This document shows positions 42,915-50,664 of a stretch of DNA of 64,000 nucleotides, piece by piece. Every line of letters begins with the position of its first letter. The first letter of the stretch is position 1. The notes beneath the pieces are model-generated. The model saw only the letters and a program-made list of their open reading frames with translations. It was not told the origin of the DNA and did no database searches. Origin of the DNA: Candidatus Omnitrophota bacterium (GTDB taxonomy: Bacteria > Omnitrophota > Gorgyraeia > JABMRN01 > RBG-13-46-9); the NCBI GenBank assembly GCA_013203315.1, contig JABMQJ010000020.1, positions 82,289 through 146,288 on the forward strand. The letters are read 5' to 3'. Both the position numbers and the translations under genes were made by a program.

Positions 42915-44312
42915 CTACCCTTTAATATTCAGAACCAACTTATCTATAACCCAGCGCACTTTTTCGTCAGTTTTTAAAGCTCTCTCAAGTTTATCACAAG
43001 CATGAAGAACTGTTGTGTGGTCTCTACCACCAAAAGAATGCCCTATCTCAGGCAAAGAAAGGTCGGTGAGGTTCCTACTTAAATACATAGCGATCTGTCT
43101 CGGGTAAGCCACCTGCCGGGTTCTTTTTTTTGCCTTCATATCCCCAATGCCGATATCAAAATATTGAGCAACCTTTTTTTGTATTAACTCAACACCAATT
43201 TTCCTCTCACCCTCAATAATCATTTCTTTCAATACTTCCTTGGCAAGATCTACGGTTATGGTCTTGTTCATTAATTTGGCGTAAGCAACCACACGAATGA
43301 GGGCGCCCTCGAGTTCGCGTATATTTGTTTTTACTTTTTCAGCCAAGAAAAAGAAAAGATCATCCGGAAGATACATGGTCTCTTTTTGGCTTTTTGTTTT
43401 TAGAATAGCTATTCTTGTTTCAAAATCCGGCGGTTGTATATCTGTAATTAAACCCCACTCAAATCGCGAGACCAATCTTTCCTCTAATGTACGGATCTCT
43501 TTAGGTGATCGGTCGCTTGACATCACTATTTGTTTGTGGGCATCATAAAGAGAATTAAATGTATGGAAAAATTCTTCCTGCGTGGACTCTTTCCCGCCTA
43601 TAAAATGTATATCATCTATCAGGAGAACATCAACGTATCTGAATTTCTGGCGGAATTTATGCGTAGTTCGGGTTTGTATGGCGCTTATCAACTGGTTTGT
43701 GAAGTCTTCACTGGATATGTAAAGGATTTTTGTCTTTGGGGATCTCTTAATAAGGTCGTTACCCATTGCGTGCATGAGATGTGTTTTTCCAAGCCCAACC
43801 CCGCCGTAAATAAAAAGAGGATTATATGCTTTGGCCGGGGATTCTGCAATAGCCACGGAAGCCGCGTGAGCAAATCGGTTACTCGACCCTATAACAAAAT
43901 TATCAAACGTATATTTTCCATTTAAACGCGTCTCCTTAGGGGGCGCTTCGTCTGCTTGTCCTTGTTTTGGGAAAACAGCCCTAAACCAGCCTTTTTTCTC
44001 TTTCGGCGCGGATTTTTTATCAGTATCTTTTTGGGGCACATGATTTCCCGCAGTAGGAGAAATAGAAAACTCAACAACAAGCTTTTTATTGGCGACATGG
44101 CTAAGGTGGGAACTAAGAAGGCCGGCGTATCTTTCACTGACCCATTCTTTGAAGAATTCATTCGGGACACCTAAAACCAGCCTGTCATCAGAAAGCGCAA
44201 GCGGCACCATCTGCATAAACCAGTTATTGAAGACCTGGTCGCTCACCTCATTTTTAAGGTGACTTAGGAGGTTATTCCACAGTTCGATATGGGTGATAGA
44301 AGCATTTGGCAT
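42915..44312 (-). CDS. dnaA: Chromosomal replication initiator DnaA
   Basis: YNPLFIYGGVGLGKTHL, LLIDDI, TQEEFFHTFN, SRFEWGL, FGGRDHTTVLHA. Confidence 0.98.
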   Translation of the reverse strand: MPNASITHIELWNNLLSHLKNEVSDQVFNNWFMQMVPLALSDDRLVLGVPNEFFKEWVSERYAGLLSSHLSHVANKKLVVEFSISPTAGNHVPQKDTDKKSAPKEKKGWFRAVFPKQGQADEAPPKETRLNGKYTFDNFVIGSSNRFAHAASVAIAESPAKAYNPLFIYGGVGLGKTHLMHAMGNDLIKRSPKTKILYISSEDFTNQLISAIQTRTTHKFRQKFRYVDVLLIDDIHFIGGKESTQEEFFHTFNSLYDAHKQIVMSSDRSPKEIRTLEERLVSRFEWGLITDIQPPDFETRIAILKTKSQKETMYLPDDLFFFLAEKVKTNIRELEGALIRVVAYAKLMNKTITVDLAKEVLKEMIIEGERKIGVELIQKKVAQYFDIGIGDMKAKKRTRQVAYPRQIAMYLSRNLTDLSLPEIGHSFGGRDHTTVLHACDKLERALKTDEKVRWVIDKLVLNIKG

Positions 44313-44315
44313 AAG

Positions 44316-44379
44316 TTATCCACACCTATGTACACAACAATCCAATACAGATATACAACTTATTCACAAGTTACCCACA
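44316..44379. promoter_or_regulatory. DnaA-box cluster upstream of dnaA
   Basis: TTATCCACA 44316-24, TTATTCACA 44360-68, TTACCCACA 44371-79, all in the same orientation. Confidence 0.85.
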
Positions 44380-44491
44380 GGGTTTTTAGGCCCACAGGCA
44401 AGAACACCCGGCATGGCCTACTCCGGAAAATGGGCACATTAAAGAAGACCGCCTATGCGCGAGGCCGCTAATCAAAAAACCGGGTGCAACA

Positions 44492-44519
44492 ATTATATCA
44501 AAAGAATATTTTTTTGCAA
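44492..44519 (-). promoter_or_regulatory. dnaA promoter
   Basis: TTGCAA-16 nt-TATAAT with a TG-n extended -10. Confidence 0.65.
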
Positions 44520-44555
44520 GAGTTTTTTTATATAAACACCAAGATACTTTTCTTC

Positions 44556-44583
44556 TTGACTAGATTAGAAAGTATGTTATAAT
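44556..44583 (+). promoter_or_regulatory. rpmH promoter
   Basis: TTGACT-16 nt-TATAAT with a TG-n extended -10. Confidence 0.7.
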
Positions 44584-44592
44584 CTACCACCT

Positions 44593-44730
44593 ATGAAAAA
44601 AAATCTCAAAGCAAAGTCTAACCGAAAACGCCGACGAAAACACGGATTCCGACGGCGCATGCGCACAAAAAACGGCCAGGCAGTGCTAAGAAGGCGAAGA
44701 AAAAAAGGACGTAAGCGGTTAACGGTATAA
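44593..44730 (+). CDS. rpmH: 50S ribosomal protein L34
   Basis: Below the ORF-track cutoff. Manual translation [45 protein letters not shown]. Confidence 0.97.
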   Translation: MKKNLKAKSNRKRRRKHGFRRRMRTKNGQAVLRRRRKKGRKRLTV

Positions 44731-44772
44731 TACCGCCAAATACGCAGTTTACGAAAAAACTTCGCTACGACA

Positions 44773-45105
44773 ATGACAAAAGAAAAAAGCCTCCGGAAAC
44801 CGGCGGATTTTAAGAAAGTATTTAAAGAAGGCAAAAGGCTCCTAAGTCCTCGTTTCGTTCTGTATGTGCGGGACAATGCCCTACCCCAGGCGCGGGTAGG
44901 TATCTCTATCGCAAAAATTCATTTTAAACTTGCTACCCGCAGGAATCAATTAAGGAGGGCGGCTAAGGAAACAATCAGGCAAGAAGCCGGAAGGTTTATC
45001 AAGGGATGCGATCTTGTCGTTACATCCAGGGCGAGCACCTTGAAGCCAGACATCAATGAAAGCATTGTTGAATTAAAAGAGCTGATCCGGAAATTAAAGA
45101 AATAA
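44773..45105 (+). CDS. rnpA: Ribonuclease P protein component
   Basis: LRK..DFKKVF..G, RVGISI.K, A.RRN.LRR; rpmH-rnpA-yidD-yidC synteny. Confidence 0.92.
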   Translation: MTKEKSLRKPADFKKVFKEGKRLLSPRFVLYVRDNALPQARVGISIAKIHFKLATRRNQLRRAAKETIRQEAGRFIKGCDLVVTSRASTLKPDINESIVELKELIRKLKK

Positions 45106-45109
45106 AAAT

Positions 45110-45331
45110 ATGCGCAAAATCATTCAAGACACATTGATTTTCACGATAAATTTTTATCGTAAGTATTTATCAACATTGAAGTTACAATCATGCAGATTTC
45201 ATCCAACATGTTCTGAATATGCGGCAGAATGTCTTAAGGAATTCGGTGTTACAAAAGGTATTTTTAAAAGCGCCAGGAGAATTCTAAAATGCCACCCCTT
45301 TCATCCGGGTGGCCACGATCCGGTAAAATAA
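45110..45331 (+). CDS. yidD: Membrane protein insertion efficiency factor
   Basis: CRFHPTCSEY...RILKCHPFHPGGHDPV. Confidence 0.95.
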   Translation: MRKIIQDTLIFTINFYRKYLSTLKLQSCRFHPTCSEYAAECLKEFGVTKGIFKSARRILKCHPFHPGGHDPVK

Positions 45332-45332
45332 T

Positions 45333-46961
45333 ATGGACAAAAAACTCATTATAGCTATAGCGTTGTCAGCTTTGATTATACTCTCATTTCAGGCGCTTTT
45401 CCCGCGTCAAAGAAGCACAAAACCCGCAGTAACGCAACCGGTAACGCAACCCCTCCCCAGGGAAGCCCGGGCATTATCTCACGAACAAAGCTCTAGAGGG
45501 AATCTGCCAACAGAGCCTTCCCGGGAACTTAAGACCAAAGAAAAAGAAACCATTATAGAAACCGATAGGTATATATTAACCTTTACAAATATTGGCGGCT
45601 CTCTAAAAAACATTAAACTAAAAGAATATTCGGCCCCCAAAAGCGATACCCCAATGACCCTGGTCCGGGACGCAGAAGGAAACAGGGCCATTTTTTCCAT
45701 GGAGAGCAATGCGCTAACACCCGACCTTGAAAAGCGTGAATTTACATTAACCAAAAGCCTCAATAACAAAATTACATACCAATATTCAGCCCCCGGAAAA
45801 TTTAACATTATTAAGGAATACTATTTCTATAACACCAATGACTATATAGAGTTGCGCATATTGTTACAAAATATAGGTAGTGATACAATTTATAAAGATT
45901 ACGATATATTAGGAGCTTCCAGCCTTCAATCCCCCGGAAAGATGATGGGCCGCAGATTCGTAGAAATAGATTCGATGCTGGACGGAAAGATCTTAAAAAA
46001 TGGCAAAGTAAAAAACAGCGAAGAATTTGTAAAAGGAATTATTTCTTGGACAGGCGTAAAAGAGCGATATTTCTGTATAATTCTAAAACCGCAACAGGAT
46101 TCAGAGGGTGTTATATTAAGGCAGTTTGGCAAAACAGCCATGGCCAGCGGTGTGAGAACGAAAAGAGCCCCGATTTATTCCGGGGCGGCAACAGAAGATT
46201 CCTATATTCTCTACATAGGGCCTAATGATGCCGCACGGTTAAGCAAGCTGGGTTTTGGTTTGGAGAAAATAATAAACTATGGCTTTTTCGGCGGAATAAG
46301 CAAATTTTTACTTGTAATATTACGAGCATTTCATAAGGTAACGAGGAATTGGGGAGTTGCGATCATACTGTTAACATTTCTGATTAACATGGTTCTCTTC
46401 CCCTTGACGCGCAAAAGTTTCCACTCGATGCGTAAGATACAGGATGTCCAGCCCCACATCGAAAAACTAAGAAAAGTTCATAAAGACAATCCGCAAAAAC
46501 TCAACAAAGAACTAGCAGAACTTTATAGGCAATACAACATAAATCCGTTCGGTGGTTGCTTGCCGCTCTTATTACAGATGCCGATTTTTATTGCACTCTA
46601 CCAAGGACTAATGCGATCTATCGAATTAAAAGGCGCTAACTTCTTATGGATTAAGGACTTATCGAGTCCGGATTTTGTTAGTTTGCCGTTCAGTTTACCG
46701 TTTATTGGTAACCAAATTCACGTGCTGCCGCTTCTTATGGTAGTTGCGATGTTCTTTCAGCAAAAAATTTCTACTAAAGGCAATGCGTCCACAAGCCCGG
46801 AACAAATGCAGCAACAGAAGTTTATGCTGATTTTCTTCCCAATATTTTTCGGATTTTTATTTTATAATTTCCCATCAGGATTAGTGCTTTACTGGTTGAC
46901 AAACACAGTGCTAATGGTTATAGAGCATTCCAGCATGCGAAAAACAGCCAGCGCAGGATAA
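45333..46961 (+). CDS. yidC: Membrane protein insertase YidC
   Basis: N-terminal TM, large periplasmic domain, NWGVAIILLT, NPFGGCLPLLLQMPIF, PSGLVLYW. Confidence 0.96.
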   Translation: MDKKLIIAIALSALIILSFQALFPRQRSTKPAVTQPVTQPLPREARALSHEQSSRGNLPTEPSRELKTKEKETIIETDRYILTFTNIGGSLKNIKLKEYSAPKSDTPMTLVRDAEGNRAIFSMESNALTPDLEKREFTLTKSLNNKITYQYSAPGKFNIIKEYYFYNTNDYIELRILLQNIGSDTIYKDYDILGASSLQSPGKMMGRRFVEIDSMLDGKILKNGKVKNSEEFVKGIISWTGVKERYFCIILKPQQDSEGVILRQFGKTAMASGVRTKRAPIYSGAATEDSYILYIGPNDAARLSKLGFGLEKIINYGFFGGISKFLLVILRAFHKVTRNWGVAIILLTFLINMVLFPLTRKSFHSMRKIQDVQPHIEKLRKVHKDNPQKLNKELAELYRQYNINPFGGCLPLLLQMPIFIALYQGLMRSIELKGANFLWIKDLSSPDFVSLPFSLPFIGNQIHVLPLLMVVAMFFQQKISTKGNASTSPEQMQQQKFMLIFFPIFFGFLFYNFPSGLVLYWLTNTVLMVIEHSSMRKTASAG

Positions 46962-46968
46962 TAAGAAG

Positions 46969-47178
46969 ATGAAGAAAAAATTTATAGAAGTAGAAGCAAA
47001 AACAACGCAAGAAGCTATAAGAATAGCACTTGAAAAGCTAAAAGTAAAAAAAGAAGACGTCGAAATTAAAATATTACGCGAAGAAAACAAAGGTCTATTC
47101 GGAATGGACGGAGCAGAACCTGCCAAGATAAAGGTTATCATTAAGAAGAAGCCGGATGACTGCAAACCCAAATCCTGA
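46969..47178 (+). CDS. Jag N-terminal-domain-only protein
   Basis: EAKTTQEAI..ALEKL......V.I.IL.E..KGLFG......AKIKV matches Jag_N; located after yidC; stop follows immediately. Confidence 0.82.
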   Translation: MKKKFIEVEAKTTQEAIRIALEKLKVKKEDVEIKILREENKGLFGMDGAEPAKIKVIIKKKPDDCKPKS

Positions 47179-47195
47179 TAATTTTATCCGTAACC

Positions 47196-47224
47196 TTGAC
47201 ATTTTACTATATATTAGGTAAACT
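47196..47224 (+). promoter_or_regulatory. parAB promoter
   Basis: TTGACA-17 nt-TAAACT. Confidence 0.65.
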
Positions 47225-47254
47225 AATTACAACGTGACTGAAACTTAGGCAAAA

Positions 47255-47270
47255 GTTTCCACGTGGAAAC
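47255..47270. promoter_or_regulatory. parS-like centromere site (variant)
   Basis: Perfect palindrome GTTTCCACGTGGAAAC (18 bp with flanks) just upstream of parA; the central 12 bp match TGTTCCACGTGGAACA. Confidence 0.78.
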
Positions 47271-47343
47271 TACTCTTCTATGAATTTCTACTACAGTGGT
47301 TCCCCGAGCGAAGCGAAGAGAAACTACTACACAAGAGGCATAA

Positions 47344-48171
47344 TTGGCAAAAATTATAGCCATCTGTAACCAAAAAGGCGGTGTGTCAAAAACAACTACC
47401 GCCATCAATCTCTCTTCGTATCTCGCTATCGCCAACAAGAAAACTCTCCTTATTGATCTTGACCCGCAATCTAACGCAACCAGTGGTATTGGTATAAACA
47501 AGCATTCGATTAACTCTAGCATTTACAATGTATTACACGAACAATCCTCGTTAGCGGGCATAATAAAACAAACCCAAATAGAAAATCTACACCTGGCGCC
47601 ATCCAGCCTTGATCTTACAGGCGCCGAGGTAGAGCTTGTTAACGCCATGAGCCGGGAGTACCGGCTAAAGAAAGCCATCGATGCTGTAGACGGACAATAT
47701 GATTATATTCTTATCGATTGCCCGCCGTCATTAGGGCTTTTAACCATCAACGCACTTGCTGCCGCGAAATCTGTTATCATACCTATCCAATGTGAATACT
47801 ACGCCCTGGAAGGCTTATCTCAACTTACAAACACAATTAACTTAATCAAAGGCAACCTTAATAGCGAACTTCAAATTGAGGGTGTGCTACTGGCTATGGC
47901 GGACTACAGAACAAATCTTACAAAGGAAGTCATTGAGGAAGTCAAGAAATTTTTTGGCGACAAAGTTTATACGACAGTGATCCCGAGATCGATACGTCTT
48001 ACCGAAGCTCCGGGTTTCGGAAAACCGATTGCGCTTTACGACAATCATTCCGTAGGGGCTCAAGCATATCAAAATTTAGCCAAAGAAGTTATAGGAAAAT
48101 CGACACAACACATTGAAAACAAAGAACTTGTAGCAGAAACGGAGGAGCAAGATGGAAAAGAAGTTGGGTAA
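47344..48171 (+). CDS. parA: Chromosome partitioning ATPase ParA/Soj
   Basis: NQKGGVSKTTT, IDLDPQSNAT, IDCPPSLG, QCEYYALEG, EAPGFG; TTG start after GAGG. Confidence 0.96.
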   Translation: MAKIIAICNQKGGVSKTTTAINLSSYLAIANKKTLLIDLDPQSNATSGIGINKHSINSSIYNVLHEQSSLAGIIKQTQIENLHLAPSSLDLTGAEVELVNAMSREYRLKKAIDAVDGQYDYILIDCPPSLGLLTINALAAAKSVIIPIQCEYYALEGLSQLTNTINLIKGNLNSELQIEGVLLAMADYRTNLTKEVIEEVKKFFGDKVYTTVIPRSIRLTEAPGFGKPIALYDNHSVGAQAYQNLAKEVIGKSTQHIENKELVAETEEQDGKEVG

Positions 48172-48994
48172 AGGTTTAGGTGCTTTAATTCCCAAAAAAG
48201 TGGCAGATTCTGTCACTTCCGAGAAGATAGGGAAAATAAAAGTAAACGCAATTAAGCCCAACCGATTGCAACCCCGGAAAAAATTCAATCCAGAAAAACT
48301 AAAAGAATTAAAAGATTCAATAAAAGAAAAAGGGGTTATTCAACCTATCATCGTAAGACCTGCTGAAGATGGCTACGAATTAATAGCAGGCGAGCGTAGG
48401 TTCAGGGCAGTGAAAGAGCTGGGCTACGAAGAAATCCCGACAATTATTAAAGAGGTAAGCGATGCCGACAGCCTGGAATTAGCCCTAATTGAAAACATCC
48501 AAAGAGAGGAATTAAATCCGGTCGAAGAGGCGCACGCATATATGGATCTAACAGAGAAATTCAACTTTACACAAGACGAAATCTCAAAAGCTGTTGGAAA
48601 AGATAAGTCCACTATTTCAAATACGTTACGTCTTCTTACGCTACCGCAACTAATCCAGGATTATATCTCCGAAAACATGATCACGATGGGCCATGCCAAG
48701 GCCATTCTCTCGCTTCCTACGGAGAGATCCAGGATCAGGTTCGCTAAGAGGGTGACAAGGAACAGCCTTTCTGTGCGGCAAGCAGAAGAAATCATAAGAC
48801 AAAGATTGCAGAAGCCGGCCCGCAAGACACGCGACAAAGATGAGCACCTGGCGCGCATTGAAGAGGAGCTGCAGCACTATCTTGGAACGCGCGTCAAGGT
48901 TGTACATGGCAAAAAACGCGGCCGAGTCGAAATCTTCTATTACTCAAATGAGGACCTTGATCGCGTACTGGAGCTGATCCGAAAAAAATCTTGA
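48152..48994 (+). CDS. parB: Chromosome partitioning CTPase ParB/Spo0J
   Basis: LGKGLGAL, QPRK.F, IAGERRFRA, ENIQREELN, HTH domain. Confidence 0.96.
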   Translation: MEKKLGKGLGALIPKKVADSVTSEKIGKIKVNAIKPNRLQPRKKFNPEKLKELKDSIKEKGVIQPIIVRPAEDGYELIAGERRFRAVKELGYEEIPTIIKEVSDADSLELALIENIQREELNPVEEAHAYMDLTEKFNFTQDEISKAVGKDKSTISNTLRLLTLPQLIQDYISENMITMGHAKAILSLPTERSRIRFAKRVTRNSLSVRQAEEIIRQRLQKPARKTRDKDEHLARIEEELQHYLGTRVKVVHGKKRGRVEIFYYSNEDLDRVLELIRKKS

Positions 48995-49019
48995 CAAAGC
49001 ACGCAAAAAGTGCTATAGT
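48991..49019 (+). promoter_or_regulatory. pyr operon promoter
   Basis: TTGACA-17 nt-TATAGT with a TG extension. Confidence 0.75.
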
Positions 49020-49032
49020 GCGTTCACAGTAA

Positions 49033-49066
49033 CCTTTTAAACCCGGTCCTGCGAGGCCGGAAAAGG
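49033..49066 (+). promoter_or_regulatory. PyrR-binding RNA element
   Basis: CCTTTT-AAAC-CCGG-TCCTGCGAGG-CCGG-AAAAGG fits the RUCCnGnGAGGY loop consensus; upstream of pyrR. Confidence 0.88.
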
Positions 49067-49092
49067 AGCACAATGAAACAAAAAAGAGATGA

Positions 49093-49123
49093 CCTACCCA
49101 AACACATGGGTAGGATTTTTTTT
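49093..49123 (+). terminator. Attenuator terminator of the pyr leader
   Basis: CCTACCCA-aacaca-TGGGTAGG followed by A and T8. Confidence 0.82.
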
Positions 49124-49139
49124 ACCCAAAAAAGGGCAT

Positions 49140-49712
49140 ATGAAGGTTAAATCCAAAATCTTGGACAAAAAAAGCATAGAGAAAGCCATAACCCGAATCT
49201 CACATGAGATATTGGAAAGGAACAAAGAGGCCGGGGAGCTGGTGATTGTCGGCATAAGGAACAGGGGCGAGTATCTGGGGAACAGAATAGTCGAATCCAT
49301 AGAAAAAATACAGGGTATAAAAGTACCTTTCGGCATTCTGGACATTACTCTTTATCGAGATGATCTTACAGAAGTCGCCGAACAGCCTATTTTAAAAGAG
49401 ACAAAAATAAACTTTGATATAACACATAAAAAAGTAGTGTTAGTAGATGATGTTTTATTTACGGGGCGCACGATAAGGTGCGCTATGGACCAGCTGATCG
49501 ATTTTGGGAGGCCCTCTGTAATACAGCTGGCAGTGCTTATAGACAGGGGCCATAGGGAGCTTCCGATAAAAGCAGATTACGTCGGGAAAAATGTGCCGAC
49601 AGCACTAAACGAAATTGTAGAAGTAAAATTAACGGAGGTTGACGATACCGATGAAGTTGTCGTATGTGAAAAGCCCGGAAGAAAAAACCAAAATCTCCCC
49701 GAAAGGGAATAA
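49140..49712 (+). CDS. pyrR: Pyrimidine operon regulator / uracil phosphoribosyltransferase
   Basis: RISHEILERN, LDITLYRDD, LVDDVLFTGRTIR, DRGHRELPI.ADYVGKN. Start moved to ATG 49140. Confidence 0.96.
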   Translation: MKVKSKILDKKSIEKAITRISHEILERNKEAGELVIVGIRNRGEYLGNRIVESIEKIQGIKVPFGILDITLYRDDLTEVAEQPILKETKINFDITHKKVVLVDDVLFTGRTIRCAMDQLIDFGRPSVIQLAVLIDRGHRELPIKADYVGKNVPTALNEIVEVKLTEVDDTDEVVVCEKPGRKNQNLPERE

Positions 49713-49713
49713 A

Positions 49714-50664
49714 GTGGTTACCAAAAAAACGGCTATATGGACAAAAAAAGACCTATTGGGACTGGAATATTTAAGTAAAGAAGAAATAGGTCTTATACTG
49801 GATAACGCAAAGTCCTTTAAGGAAGTCCTTGCCAGGCCGCTCAGAAAGGTTCCGACCCTGCGCGGGAAAACAGTCGTGAACCTCTTTTATGAACCATCCA
49901 CCAGGACGCGCATTTCTTTTGAGCTTGCGGCAAAAAGATTATCCGCAGACGTTATAAACATGGTAAAAGAGGGCTCCAGCATACAAAAAGGGGAAACCCT
50001 TATTGATACCGGCAGGAACCTGGAAGCGCTTAAAACAGACGTAATTGTTGTAAGGCATAACTGTTCCGGCGCAGCAGCGATGTTATCGCGAGCTGTCAAC
50101 ATAAGTGTTGTTAATGCCGGGGACGGTTGGCATGAACATCCGACTCAAGCACTTCTAGACATTTTTACTCTTAACGAAAAACTGGGAAACGTTAAAGGAC
50201 TAAACATAAGCATTATCGGCGATATTGCGCACTCAAGGGTTGCGCGTTCTAACATATGGGGCCTTACCAAGCTAGGCGCAAACGTTACAGTCTGCGCGCC
50301 CGGAAAACTAATACCCGCAGGGATTGAAAAGCTAGGTGTTAAGGTTACAAGCAATATTGACGAAGCGATCAAAAAAGCTGACGCCATAAACGTTCTTCGT
50401 ATGCAGTTTGAAAGAGATGCAGCAGGCGCGTTTCCCTCACGAATAGAATATTTCAAGACTTTCGGCATAACAGAAGAAAGGCTAAAAAAAGCAAAAAAAG
50501 ACATTGTTGTTATGCACCCCGGGCCCATCAACCGTGGTGTCGAGATGTCGGCAGAAGTAGCGGATGGCGCGAACTCAGTTATCCTGGAACAGGTTACAAA
50601 CGGCATCGCGATTCGGATGGCAGTACTCTATCTGGTTACGCATGCAAAAAGAGAAAATGCTTAA
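49714..50664 (+). CDS. pyrB: Aspartate carbamoyltransferase catalytic subunit
   Basis: FYEPSTRT, NAGDG.HEHPTQALLD, HSRVARSN, HPGPINRG. Start GTG 49714 is approximate. Confidence 0.96.
   Translation: MVTKKTAIWTKKDLLGLEYLSKEEIGLILDNAKSFKEVLARPLRKVPTLRGKTVVNLFYEPSTRTRISFELAAKRLSADVINMVKEGSSIQKGETLIDTGRNLEALKTDVIVVRHNCSGAAAMLSRAVNISVVNAGDGWHEHPTQALLDIFTLNEKLGNVKGLNISIIGDIAHSRVARSNIWGLTKLGANVTVCAPGKLIPAGIEKLGVKVTSNIDEAIKKADAINVLRMQFERDAAGAFPSRIEYFKTFGITEERLKKAKKDIVVMHPGPINRGVEMSAEVADGANSVILEQVTNGIAIRMAVLYLVTHAKRENA

Noticed and set aside
44577-44876. 99-aa minus-strand ORF
   Set aside because: Antisense to rpmH and rnpA.
45429-45452. Tandem 12-mer GTAACGCAACC(G/C) in yidC
   Set aside because: Two-copy in-frame duplication (VTQP) in a linker that is normally low-complexity.
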